Below are positions 27,152-41,255 of a stretch of DNA of 64,000 bases, piece by piece. Both the position numbers and the translations under genes were made by a program. The notes beneath the pieces were generated by a model. It was not told the origin of the DNA and did no database searches. It saw only the letters and a list, made by a program, of their open reading frames with translations. Origin of the DNA: Chrysomallon squamiferum. Taxonomy: Eukaryota; Animalia; Mollusca. Location: the NCBI GenBank assembly GCA_012295275.1, contig CM022671.1, positions 16,306,001-16,370,000 of the forward strand. The letters run 5' to 3'. Position 1 is the first letter of the stretch. The number at the start of each line of letters is the position of its first letter.

Positions 27152-30100
27152 TACTTACCAGTTACAGTCACAGATGTTTTTATGTTTGTTATTTAAGCTA
27201 ATTTATTACCAATATCTACCACTGATCAAATGAAATAAGGCCAACGAAAGTGGCTGGTTACTGGAGATTACAAAGAGAGAAAAAAAAAACTATCCGTACA
27301 GACATGAAAGAAATGTTTATCTATCAGTACGGGCCAATTATTCATTGATGACACCACTTGAAACACTTGTCACAAAAAAACATACTTTCAGAAATATAAA
27401 TGTCTATTCAAAAATATCTGATGTTATCATCACCGCTTCTCCAATAGAATCGATAAACTGCCAACGGCATAAAAGAACGATTTAAGGAAGGCAGGGTCTG
27501 ATGTAGGCCACCGTGAGGAGAGAGTTTTACTTGCTTCATTTAATAATTTGCAAACACAAACATCATACCAAGTAGATTAAGGTAGATGCAATTATTGCTG
27601 TGTGTAGCAGAAACTCAATTTGGAAGCGGCATTGTTTGGTGAGACTGGTCAATTATTGTTTATATCCTCACCACGCACTCACACCATCAGTGATGACAAC
27701 GACGATGATGATGATGATGGTGTTGAGCTCATTTCACATTCAACAGGAAAGACAATTTTCATATTTCAATTCTCATCAGTCTGAGATAAAAAAAAAAAAA
27801 AAAAAATGTAAAAAGAAGAAGAAAAAGAAAAAAGCTATCAGAATCCATCTCTGCTTCAGACTGCTAGGCGATTCTTCATAGAAAAGTTGATGACTGTTTA
27901 CCATTTGCCTTCAGACTGGCGCATACAATTTTCTGGTTGTTTTTTTTTTTTATTTTCTTGATGGTTCTTTATTTTAACCAGTGTTAACACCGTCCTGAAG
28001 AAATATTCACCATTGGCAGTTGTGTTCATCTCTTTTTATGACCTGACTGGGTGATATTCCCTTGTTGCAGTTAATAGAACAATTGCGAGGTGTTGGCACA
28101 GTGTGACAGGTCACCCATGTTGTTTATTAAACTGCACTTTGTGGGAGAAAATAAATGAAAATATTAACTTTAATTTCCTTCAGAGAGTAAAATGAGAAGA
28201 GAAAAAAAGAAAAAAAAAACCTGTTAAACATACATTTACAGAAATTTTCTGTGAAAAAAAAAATAACAGAATATATTTTCTACAGGAATGTTATTAACCT
28301 GTACTGATATGAAAAAAAACAAAATTAAAGTTTTTTTATGGGTAATTTATGATCAGTGTGTGTTTCTGATATCAGAAAGTGCCAGCAAAGGTCACTGCCA
28401 ATTATAACTAAATTTTTTTGTTTTTTTTTCTCCAGTAAATTATGAACACAAACAGGTTCTTAAGTCAATAATTAACAAATCATCTTTAAACTACAAGATA
28501 ATAAAAATATGCCTTCCAAGCAGAATGCACAGTTTTTGCTTATTGTCTTTGTTTTTAATTTTAAAATTTTTTTGTATTTTTTTTAATTTTTTTTTCTGAC
28601 TTTCTGCTTAAATTTCAGTAACAAGTGTGAGATATTGTGCAATTTTTTGAAAGTATTAAACTGACTAGTTTATAATTAAAAGATCTTCATACAAACCAGA
28701 TTTTTATGATATTTAAAAATAAGTTTTGTTTAAATTTGTGATTTGTGTAAAATAGCTCTATGAAAAACATCCACAGAAGATAACTGTTTTTTTTACAGTT
28801 ACCAGATTCCTTCACTGATTTATAATTCTGACATATTTCCAAATACTGATACTTAAAAAGACAGTAAATTTACCGTAAATGTAGAAATCAATGATAATAT
28901 GGAAGTCAGTTTATTTTGTTGCTTTCTTTTTTTCATGATGGGTGTGTGTATGTATGTGTGTTTTAAGTATTATGGACAATAACAATACTTAGATCAAAAA
29001 TACTTCAAAAATAACCATACCTAAACTGCTTTACTATGGCATTAATACTTGACAAATATTGAAATATGTAGACTCAAAATCATTAAATGTATAGATTTCT
29101 GTTCTTGCCTTCATTTACTTTCACTGAAAAAAAATTTAATAAATAAGATTTGGCAGAAAACTATTTTGTGTATAATTTTATTAGTTTTAAACACTCACAT
29201 CTTTTTATGTATTAAGTATCAAATGAGGTTCAAAGCAATATAACAATATCACTAAAATTATTATTATTATTACTATTATTATTGTGATTTTATAAATTGG
29301 TTTTGTTTATCCTTATGGTTGGTTATTTCAAATCTAGATCTCACCAGTGGCTGATAATATTGCTATCAAAATTTTTTTTTTTTTTTTTTTTTTATGTAAT
29401 ATTACCAGGATATGACAGCAAACATGTTATTGTCAATAAATAAACACATTTTTCCTTTCCAGCACAAAATCTAATGCCTTCATGTCATAAAAAAAAAAAA
29501 TAATAAAAAAAAAAAAAAAATTTAAATTCTAGTTCAATAATAAAGCAGTGCAAATATTCTGAACAAAGCAGTGTCTGCAAAGAATGAGAAAAAATATACA
29601 GAGAAAATGAAAGGGAAGGGAAAAAAAAAAGAGAAAGCCGATGCAATAGGAGTGATAGAGTTGTGGAATTAATAGATATTTCTTCAAAGGGCGAAGTGAT
29701 ACTTATTGAACATGTGATCAGCATTGAGAAAGATGAATTTCAGCTAAACCATTATCACAGATTGAACAAATGCAATAACTTTTATGTCCAGTGGCACACA
29801 GAGGGAAGAAAGCCCATCCTGAACAAATGAAATAATCTTGATGGTTCTCTAGTAAAAGTATTCCAAATGGCCAACTTAATTGCAAGCTGCAGCTAAATGG
29901 CATGTTTACTTACAAAATGAAATGTCATAAATTGTGCACTTCTGTGGACGGTGCTTATTTGAAGAGCTGGCTAAAAACAGTGGTGTAATGACATGCGGCC
30001 GATATTGGCAAACTCCAGAAATGCTATTCCAACAGCAACCAATGCACTAATGGCCACGACAAATCTTTTGCCTTGACTGGGATAGCTTTTCTAATTGCTT

Positions 30101-30655
30101 GTCTTACCAATAACAGATATTTCAAGCTCTGACACAAGGACATCAATATAACAGAGGGCTGTATAATGATAGCTCGGCAGCCCTCGATTCCACACTCAGA
30201 GGCTGTAAACTCCGCTCTATGGGATTTGAGTCAGGCAACTGGTGGATAAAGTATTTCATAGAAAAAAAAATTAATATTTACAGCATTTTCAAATTAAAAT
30301 ATTAATGATAAAGATGTATGTGAGACGTTGGGAATATTCTGTTTGTTGTGTAAGATTAAATCAATTATGACTACAAGCAGGAGTTTCTGAACTGAATACC
30401 CTCGGTAAGAGCTGGAGCAGGATTTCAGAAAATGGAAAGCACTATCAATTTGCTGAATAAAAGCTGTTATGATGAAATGAGTATTATTATGATTTTTTTT
30501 TTTTTTTTTTAAAACCCAAAAACCATTTGTCAACAAAAGTTTGGTTCTGCATGATGTGGAGTAAATAAAGGATTTCAATAAATTTAATAATAATTAATAA
30601 TAATTTTAACTTTTTGGTGTTTCATAAAAAAAAACCCACTGTTTTGAACAATGAA

Positions 30656-30713
<58 letters not shown>
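30656..30713. repeat. (AAT)n microsatellite
   Basis: Direct reading. Confidence 0.95.
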
Positions 30714-30720
<7 letters not shown>

Positions 30721-33251
30721 CAACCACTGACATACAAATTTCAGAATGATTAGTTTTCACAAATTAAAACACATTAACTACAACTAATATCTAATAATGA
30801 GTATTAAAGTCATAAAATAAAAAATCATTAACGTCTAAACAATAATTATGAGGTAAAAAGTAAAACCATACTAAAAACTAAATAAAGTGAACCATAAAGT
30901 GTGTTTTGTTGCTAATGTTGCTATTCCAGCATCATTAATTTAACTTATTACAACATTATCAACAATTCCAGCTTGGAAAAGAACAATAAAATCTGTACAT
31001 TTTCAACTGTTTATAGTACTAACTCTAATGTTTAAGCCATACATTTCTTTTTTCTGGTTTTTTTTTTTTTTCATACTGTTAAGCCAACAGTCTTATGTGA
31101 TTTCCTTTCATTAAATCGGAGAGAAAACGCAGATATGGAAATCAATGACCTGAATGGTTCTATATCTGCCAGTAACATGAAGCTTGGCACTTAATATCAA
31201 TCAATTAATGCAGAAGTTGGTAATAGCCAGGAAATCTTTACTGATTCACATTTAAAACTAAAAATGTGACTTGGCTGCTGATTGTAAGACTTCCAGCAGA
31301 CTGTTAGTGTCACTGCAGAATGAGGATCACTGATAATGTAACCAAATAAAATGTTCATCCAGCCCTTACTGTTACTTAGAGCAGTCGCAATGTCTCAGCC
31401 AATGGGAGCTTGCCGTTCGGTCATGTGGACGCCAGTTATAATCCTCATAACAGTACAACAGACAGTCTGTATTATAAATACCACGCTGCATCAATATCAT
31501 CATCACTATCCATATTGTTCAATAGCCAATAATAATAATTAAAATTTATAATGCTTCTGAAATATATGGTTGAGAAAATTGCACTGTCTACTATATACAT
31601 CATGTAAAATATATTTTGAGTACTAAAACACATGCAAGACTGATGAATTAAGTAAAACCTGAGGCAGCATGTAGATTGTGAAGAACAGTCAGCTGTATTT
31701 TATAAATATATACAGACAGTAAGTGTCTCAAGCTAGAAAATGCTGATGCAGCACGACCTTTGTTCAGTAACAAAGATTTGACTGTGTTATCCTCTGATAA
31801 TTATGACCAAAACTGTTAACACTTCAATAGATACTTCATCTTTCAAACGATTCTAGATAAAAACTCTATCCTTCATTTAAATAGTCAGATTTTTCATGCA
31901 GTTCCAGCTCTGAACTTTATTAATTTATAAAATGTTACAAAAACCCAGCAACATTCAGTGTATTTTCCAGATATATATATATATACATGTAATTTATAAA
32001 ATAAAGATGAAGCAATAAATTCCTCAAAGAATACTCTTTTTTTGCAAAAACAAACAAATAAATAAATAAATAAATAAATAAATAAATATGAATAATCAAT
32101 AAACAAAATCAAAGAACTGGAAATTAAAATAGTCCACTGCTTCAGAAAAGTTAAGGTTGTAACTAAAAATAAGATTGATTTTACAGAATGAGATCATTTT
32201 ACTGATACTAGTTCCTGTTAGTTTGAGTTATCAATTTTTATAGTCCCCACTCTGTCTCATACTGGTTGCCACAACATAATTTAACATGGTCCCAAACTCA
32301 TTTAAAACCTCATGCCACTTTCAAGCGGTCTCTTGCTGATTTAGTCTACACATATCAGACAATGTGGTTGATGGGCAAAATGTGATTATTGTGATATACA
32401 CTATGAAATCACATCACAGTCTGATAAAATCTGATTACTGCTCGAATCAGTTTGAATCAGAAAACAAGGTCACACCAAACTTGAGAATAAAAATGTGTAT
32501 TTCTGTGCAGCAAATCTCACCACATACATATACATACTAACACACATATATTTATCTATACGTACTTCAGCACTCCCACCTACATACTTATTCCGATACA
32601 CATTTACACATTACACATACATACATTAATTTTTTTTTCTCTCTTTCATATCCACACTGATATATACAGATGCATACATACAAATATAAAAACATAATTT
32701 AAGCACACACACACACACACACCCAAACACCCAAACACACACACACACAGACATTCCAACAGTTACTTTCCATCAACAAGCAGTCTTAGCATTTGTTTAA
32801 TTTCAGAAACACTAAAATTGTAATTTAATCCCGCACTTTAATTCCTCGGAGAAATTATCAAAAGCTGTTATAGATGCTGAGTACAGTTCCATTCATTTGT
32901 CACTAAGCAGTTGACAATTCCAGAGATGAATTGTTATCAGGTGAGGTGGATGGGAATCACAAGAGACCAATAACAGTGAAGAAATCCAATTTCCATGCTG
33001 AATACATGTTTCTCTTAGATGATAAAATGCAGTCAGCCATAAGCTATACACCAAGGTTAAGTATGCGAGGGACTGCTGAGTTGTACCACTGTGGTTGTGC
33101 TGCACACACACAGGTATTACACTGATCATCTGTCACACTGTACACAGATCACTGGCAGTTTTATATAATAAATTTAACTTTTTTTTATTATTAAAATCTG
33201 TGCCTATGTCTCCATGTATGTGATTACTCACTAACTTACAAATGTGCAAAC

Positions 33252-33387
33252 ATATATATATATATATATATATGTAAATCAACAAACCCACAGTACACAC
33301 ACACACACACACACACATACACACACATAAAAACAACACATATTTTTGTGTGTACATGAATAAATAGATATGTCTTTTTTTTTTGTG

Positions 33388-33451
<64 letters not shown>

Positions 33452-33520
33452 CAACAGAGGTATATGTAAGTCTTTATGGGTATCTGAAAGAAAGAAAGAA
33501 AGAAAGAGAGGGAGAGAGAA
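33252..33520. repeat. Microsatellite cluster: (TA)n, (CA)n, (CT)n 33391-33444, (GAAA)n
   Basis: Direct reading; explains the RE-repeat and LS-repeat pseudo-ORFs. Confidence 0.93.
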
Positions 33521-35649
33521 AAGAAGCATGGTTTTTGTTTCCTTATTTTGTTTATTGGTGGAGGGAGAATTTTGCTATGACAATTTTTGGGAAAAACAGA
33601 ACAATAATAAGTAAAACAAAACAAAATTAAACAAATCATTACTTTAATTGCTGTGTGTAAGAACAGGACATTAGTACAAATGTAAATGACCGTTGTTAAT
33701 CCAAAGTAATCCATCTGAACTGAGACTTAAGTGCCAGACAATGTCTGATTTTCAGCGAAGGCTATTTGCATGCACAATGACAAACTGATGAGTGAAATAA
33801 TACTATTTGAATAATACAACTAGTGGCATGATGGCTTGTAAACATGAACTGATCTGCTTAATGGCCAAAACATATCCCTTTTCCTTCAGATCCAGATGTA
33901 AAGTTGAGTAGAGTTTAATTTGAATATCAACTGTGCAAAAAGGTTACAACAGAAAGGCAAAAATAAAAATAAAAGTGTGTAAACATCAGCTTGTAGAAAT
34001 TGTTTGAAAATGTGTGAAATCTGATAATGTCAAAAATGTTTACACTAATTAGACAGCGTACTACTTCATACTCCCCCTACAATTATAATTCAAATGCCAA
34101 AGTATTTTCAACAAAGCTATTTCAATAATGATGGAGCAAATAGTGCTTTTGCTTGTTTTTTTTTCACTAGGTGTTCAAACTCATATTAATGTAACAGGTC
34201 TGAATTTAATATATTTTTGATTAATGCATTTTCATAAACAATCATCATTTTGTCATGGATTTTACAGATACAAGAAAGAACCATTATGCTAACCAATTTC
34301 ATACCCAGATAATTTTGATATTCTGAATTATTTAAATATGGAACCGAATTCCAACATTAGTTTGTAAAAACACTTAGTATTAAGCAAACTGTTTTGATAG
34401 CCTGTCCTTGTTAGGTCAGTGTGACTGTCTAATCCCATTCATTGGTACAGCTGCTCTGAAGTATTATGTCTTTATTGTTTTCCTTCAATTTACCATTTTA
34501 CTTAATGTACGAAACATTATCAACACATCAAAGACTTGTATCAAATTTGATTTGATATTTTTATCAAAAGTTTTAACAGTTGTAACCAAATTGAGAGTGT
34601 TGTGCCTTGTAATGAAAAATTTACTATGAGGCAATGTATTATGCAGTAGAATGTATTTGAAAGTTTGTTTTCTAGGAAAGTTTAACTCATGCATGCAAGA
34701 TTTGTGAATTATTTAATCATGAATTCATACATCTTGATGATATATATATTCACAACTCAGAGACCTGTCCTTGTCAGATATCAACATGATATCCTCAAGA
34801 TACACCTTTGTAACAACACACCAAACTGTTTGAGAATCAGCACTGGATAGAAACAGCGGAACAGACACTCCAACAAGAACTGATCCCGTGATCTATCATC
34901 CCCCAAGGCCAGCATAGACACGAACTCAGTTGTATCAGATTTAAAAAACATCAGGACAAACAGATGGATCAACTCGCGGAGTGACGTGAGACAAGATAAG
35001 GAGAGACAACTCAAATGCAGATTGTATTTCAACAACTTGGCAGTAAAAATTTCATTAGTCTGAAGAAGAAAAAAAAGGACATGCGAGATCATCCTGACAC
35101 CTGGAGGATGATTCATGAGATTAGATTCTTAAACTGCACACAAACCATAAATGTTCACAATAGACATAAACAAGGAGGTTATTGCTATTGTAACTATGTA
35201 CAAACAAAGTCTTGCAAATGCAAATATTAACTGTTAGTTATAGCGGGATATTTCTGAGTCTGATACTTTCTTTCTGCACTGCTGTAATATTAATTTTTAA
35301 ATTCCTTTGTTTTGTCTATTTATTTCTTCTTTCTTATTTCTCTGTTGTTATTTTTTTTATTATATTACTTTTACTTTCTCTTCTTTTCTTTTTTCTTACA
35401 TTTTTTTTTTGTTGTTGTTTATTTTTGTTTTTGTTATTTTTTTTTTTGTTTCCTTGAATGAAGTATTTAAAATATTTAAAATATTTCCCTAAATTATTGT
35501 TTTACACAGATCTGATTAAAGTAACAAATCAATACAATTAGTGAAATAAATTATGAAGCTAAATAAACAAAAATATATTCCTGTATAATAATTCTTTCAT
35601 AGAAATGAAAGGAGGAACTATATTTTGGTTTATATATATTTTATATTTT

Positions 35650-35682
<33 letters not shown>

Positions 35683-35964
35683 TAATAACATGAACAAATT
35701 TTATTTACAGATTATATGGTATTGGACACATGATTAAGAATCACTCAGATAACCACAGAAGAAAACAATTGTTATCACTTTCAGCAGCAAAGTATATTTT
35801 ATATATATAGTATCCAATAAACAGGACAGTAGATATCATGGCCTTTGTTACATCATTTGTGAAGCTCTGGTTGGAATGGACTAATTGCTCAATGGGAAAT
35901 GTTAATGTTAGATAGATATGCAGCATGTTGGTTTATATTGATAATTAACAATAATAACAGAATA

Positions 35965-36478
35965 TTATCATATAGGTTTTACAATAGATAGCCATATAGG
36001 TTTTACAATAGATTATCATGTAGGTTTTTACAATAGATAACCATGTAGGTTTCACAATAGATAGCCATGTAGGTTTTTACAATATATAATCCTGTAGGTT
36101 TCACCATAGATAACCATGTAGGTTTCACAATAGATTATCATGTAGGTTTCACAATAGATAACCATGTAGGTTTCACAATAGACAATCAGTTTTACAATGC
36201 ATAATCATGTAATTTTTACAACAGATAATCATGTAGGTTTTTACAATAGTATAACAGGTAGGTTTCACAATAGATAATCAGTTTTACAATGCATGATCAT
36301 GTAATTTTTACAACAGATAATCATGTAGGTTTTTACAATATTATAATCAGGTAGGTTTCGTAATAGATAGCCATGTAGGTTTTACAATAGACAACCATGT
36401 AGGTTTTACAATAGATAATCATGTTTTTTTTACAATAGATAATCATGCAGGTTTCACAATAGATAATCTTATAGGTTA
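35965..36478. repeat. 24-25-bp minisatellite, ~20 copies, with an internal 92-bp higher-order duplication
   Basis: Unit acaatagataaccatgtaggttt(c/t). The block aatcagttttacaatgcat...aggtaggtttc is repeated at 36184 and 36276. Confidence 0.95.
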
Positions 36479-38721
36479 CTATATTTACTCATACAAGATG
36501 AATGAAGCCTCGTGTAAACTGATATCGTGTATGTCAGTCAGATGAATTGCCCGTGGAACACGCCGTGGTGTCAAGCTACACTCATTTAGAAACTGCAGTA
36601 ATTAATTGATGAGCCAACAGATGAAACAATTCTCTTGTTTTATCTCAAGTGTGTTTCGCTCTGTGTGCGTTTTCCTACTGTGAGGTTTGGTTTTCAGAAT
36701 TCAATTCTGCAAACATTAATAATCTATAAGGATCATGTTCTTCCATTGTGACGACATTTTTGTCAATCTAAATAATGGATAATGTGTGGAAATTTGAATC
36801 TTTTAACTAATTAGTTCAAAGTCAACAGCAGAGAGGATCATAAATAATAGGAAGTAACAATCAATCTTGTGAATGAAAATACATCTCATTATTTTCTTTT
36901 TTATAATGAATTATGCAACTTTTTCATATTGTGAAACTTGTACTTTATAAATTAATTAATTTAAAAATAACTGAAAGTATTGACTATTAAAAAAAAAAAA
37001 AGAATACTGATAAAAAAAAAAAAAAAACCTATAAAAACAGAATTTCTCCTCTTGGAATACTGTACATGGTTTTCTACCTGTGATTATTAACAAACATGGT
37101 TAAAACTGATAAAAAAATTCAAAAATGACTATCTCAAACATACACACTTTAAAATTCTATAATACAAATATTACTTTTTCTCAGATTAAATACTATACAA
37201 AGAAAGTATTAAAAAAAAAAAAAAAAAATTAGAAGAGGATAATAAAATTCTTACTTACATTATCCAACAGACCAAAAAAAAACAGCCATCCAGCAGCAGT
37301 TCCAAAACAAACCCAATTTTACTGTTATATGTTATTTAATATCACATTCCCATCATAGATTAGTCAAAAAAAAAAAAAAAAATACTGAAACCCACATAAA
37401 CTGGTAGCAACAAATATGCTAACACATTATAATTTAAACAAAGGAGACAACCCAGGACTTGCTGTTTGTTTGACCTCGCAAATGATCAGTTAATTAGTAA
37501 AGAAAAACAGCCAGAGCAAAGAAAACAAACGAGACATGCTCTGCATGTGCAGTGCCAGAACCAAGTAATTACAGAGGCCCTCTACTTTTAATTGCGAGGA
37601 ATAAAGTTTGGTGAGATCATAAATCCTCTCTGCAGAGACTGTTATTGGCCAGTTTGATGATGTCTTCACTCAGAAGCACTGAGCAACCCAGCCAAAATCT
37701 ACTGCAAAAAGGATCACACTGTCAGTAACAGCACAGCAAGCTCGATATTAAAACAAACACAATCAAAACAGAGGCTTAATATTGATAAATCTGTTGTAGT
37801 GCTGTCTGTCTGTCTGTCTGTCTGTGTGTGTGTGTGTGTGTGTTTGTATCTGAATGATCATGTATTTTCTTTCCTTCTATCTATATGTGTTTATGTGTTT
37901 GTGTGGATGTATGTATGTACATGTATCTCAAGTGTTATGTATGTATGTGTTTTTATCTTTAAATATTCAGAAACTGCATATTTCATGTTCTCATAGTGCT
38001 TGTGTCTGTGGTGTTTGTGAAAGTGAAAAGATTTTATTTCTTAAGATTTCCATATTAGAAAGAACAGCCTAAGAAAGAAGAACTGTAAACTAATCAAAAA
38101 CAAATCAATATAAATATATTTACAAAGATATCTAAAAATTTTCTATTTTTCATTTTTCAAACCAAGACTGAATACAAAGACCTATGGAAAAAGAAAAAAG
38201 AAAAAAAAAAAAAAAAAAAAAAAAGAAATCCTATCTCCTTTTTAAAATGTAGAACATAACTGAAGGAGTGTTTCACTGAAATAAAAGTTCTTTTATTGTG
38301 AAGATTCAGAGATGTGCAATGTCTGAATCCTTAGTTATCATTTGTGGACCATAAATTGTCCTGAGAGTGATTGTTCTGGGATTGATTCACCAGTGAAACT
38401 AGCCTGGCCAGCTTTGGCTCTTCTCTCATGTTGGAAATGCACATGATTATTTCATTTTTCAGTGCCGAAAAAAAAAAAAATTAAAAATAAAATGTTACTG
38501 GGATGTTTCAAACAAATTGAAACAGATCCAAGCAGTGGGATGCTTGACATTTGGTAATCATGACAAATAGTGTAAGAGAAAAATATTGCCGTGGTGTGTG
38601 CTAGCAACAGGAATTATTGCACCACTGAAACATAACTTATTCTTCATTGTAGCTAATCAGCAGTCAAACTATCCCAACTGGACCATAATACAAAACTGAG
38701 AAAAACTGAAGTATACATATT

Positions 38722-38820
38722 ATATACATCATCTGTTTCATTTGGCATATTAACACATAAAAATGGCATGAGATATATCATCTACTTCATTTTGGCATAG
38801 TAACAAACTATAAAACTGAC
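38722..38820. repeat. ~52-bp diverged direct duplication
   Basis: ata.atcatct..ttcattt(t)ggcata.taaca occurs twice. Confidence 0.7.
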
Positions 38821-39204
38821 TCATTTGCCATTAAATTATTTTTGTCACGTTTAAGTCTAATTTCAGTTTAAAAAAAAAAAAAAAAAATGTATCTCTTTTT
38901 CCCAAGTCAACTGAGCTCCCTGGTTAGAGTGCATCTTTTTAATTATAGTAACTCATAGGATGAGTCTTTCTACTCAAAACTGTATTCACTGACTCATTTA
39001 TCAAAATCCATGTTTATAGGATCTTGCACACAAGTAAAATGGCTGGGACCAACCTAAAACAATTTTCCATGGAATGGTACTATCAAGTTTCCTTCTGTCA
39101 TTTAGTCATTATAAAAACAAAAATTATGCTCGAAGCAAATCATGAAAAAAATTGTAAAAAGATATCACTTACAACTTTCATTCATTCATTAATAATCTGT
39201 TAAG

Positions 39205-39520
39205 AAAGATGATTGTTATAACTGACATAATTGTCTTCTATGTGAAAAAATATAAGCTATGTGAAAACGATGATGACAGTAATTATAAACAGTTGTTATT
39301 AATGACAGTAATTATAAACAGTTGTTATTAATGACATAATTGTCTTCTATGTATAAACAAAATGACAATAATTGTAAGCAATTGTTATAATTGACACAAT
39401 TGGCTTCTTTGTGAAAAAAGATAAAACTATGTGAAAAAAGATAAAATTAATGTAAAAAACGACGACAGTAACAATAATTATTATAAACAATTGTTATTGT
39501 ATGTCATATAATTGTCTTCT
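39205..39520. repeat. Mosaic tandem repeat
   Basis: Recurrent tgacagtaattataaacagttgttatta and aattgtcttctatgtgaaaaa blocks. Confidence 0.8.
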
Positions 39521-40705
39521 TCAAAACCAAAACAAAAAAGATACTTCTTCCATTTATTTACTTCTTTTTTCTTAATAACGTAATATGTTGTTTGCTCTTC
39601 GGAGAGATAACTTAATATTGCTATTTAAGTAGCTGTGACAAAACAGCAAGGTTGAATAAACACATGATCTGCCTCAAGAGGTTCAATGAGGCAGAAACAA
39701 AGTGATGAAAAAAAACACTGTGACAGATGCTGTTCTTCTTTCAATCAGCGTCCCCTGTCTTTCTGTTTTGTGAATGTCCAAATCTGTTTTATTATGATAA
39801 TTTATGCACACATCATCTATATGCAAATGACCTGACATAGTGTGACATTTCCTTGGAGGTGATGTCACCATTGTATTTGACTTGTACTTTTTCTGGAAGC
39901 CATCCTGAGGGAGTAACAGATATCAAAGACAGTATAATGAAATTTTTATTAAAATAATTACTTTCAGTGTGATTGAAATTTTATATCTGAAAAAAAAAAT
40001 TAACTAAATTATTTGGTTTCAAACACTGAAATTAAGTTATTTCAAAATATTGTCTCAAAAATACCTATTATATCAGTTATTTCCCCTAAGAATATATAAT
40101 TAATGAGTGACAAAAAAAATAAATAAATAAACAACAGAAAACCAAGACAAATGCTATTTCAAACTTATTATTATGATAAACAGTTGTACTAAAATAATTT
40201 CAGAAATGTTTTCTTCTCTAAAACATATCGAATTAATAAATAAATAAATAAATATTCTGCTTTTGGGGATATGTATCCTAATGTGGAATGCAAATGCATT
40301 GACAACTATTGTTTCATTTCTTTTAAAAGTGTGAAAAAAGAAAGAAGAAGAAGAAGAAAAAGAAAAAGAACTGTGAATGCAAGGTAGCTTAATAAAATGG
40401 GAGTAATTAAAAGTGTCACCTCCAACCATGTGTAATGTGCACTGTTAGCACAGCTCATTTGAGATTACTGCAGGAGAAGGAAGCAGTTCGATTGTTAAAT
40501 GTCTCGTTTGTAATGGCTCTTTGAATGTCTTAATTTATGGTGATTGCACAATAGGAACCTCCACACACAATGGCAGTTCAAATACTGAGTGATTGCAGAC
40601 ATGGTGAGAAACAGAAGGAAATGTAAACAGAACATTTTCTTTTAATTTATTTCTAAAAACAGAAGCTGTGCGAGCCAGCGCATTATCTGGCACTGGGCTT
40701 GGTCT

Positions 40706-41255
40706 TTTAGTTCAGTGGTTAGAGTGCACAGTGCACATTAGTTGGAGTAGAGATTGGGAGTTTAGTTTAGTGGTTAGAGTGCACAGTGCATGTTAGTTGG
40801 TATAGAGATTGGGAGTTTAGTTCAGTGGTTAGAGTTCACAGTGCATGTTAGTTGGTATAGAGATTGGGAGTTTAGTTCAGTGGTTAGAGTGCACACTGCA
40901 CATTATTTGAAGTAGAGACTGGACTTTTAGTTCAGTGGTTAGAGTTCACAGTGCATGTTAGTTGGAGTAGAGATTGGGAGTTTAGTTCAGTGGTTAGAGT
41001 TCACAGTGCACATTAGTTGGAGTAGAGATTGGGAGTTTAGTTCAGTGGTTAGAGTTCACAGTGCACATTAGTTGGAGTAGAGATTGGGAGTTTAGTTCAG
41101 TGGTTAGAGTGCATAGTGCACATTATTTGGAGTAGAGATTGGACTTTTAGTTCAGTGGTTAGAGTGCACAGTGCACATTAGATGGAATAGAGATTGGAAC
41201 TTTAGTTCAGTGGTTAGAGTTCACAGTCAGTGTATTTGGTATAGAGACTGGACTT
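40706..41255 (+). repeat. 55-bp minisatellite, 10 copies, containing a tRNA A-box/D-arm-like motif
   Basis: Unit tttagttcagtggttagagtgcacagtgcacattagttggagtagagattgggag with an exact 55-bp period (40706, 40761 ... 41201). Degenerate ~60-bp copies continue to ~41610. Confidence 0.97.

Noticed and set aside
30154-30185. 8-bp perfect inverted repeat gagggctg/cagccctc
   Set aside because: A stem this short is expected by chance in 64 kb; no terminator, Helitron-end or miRNA context.
33133-33714. 193-aa ORF with an RE repeat
   Set aside because: Made of (GA)n, (TG)n and (TA)n microsatellite translations.
40706-41255. tRNA gene cluster or CRISPR array
   Set aside because: 55-bp units lack a T-arm/B box, acceptor stem and spacers; no cloverleaf is possible.
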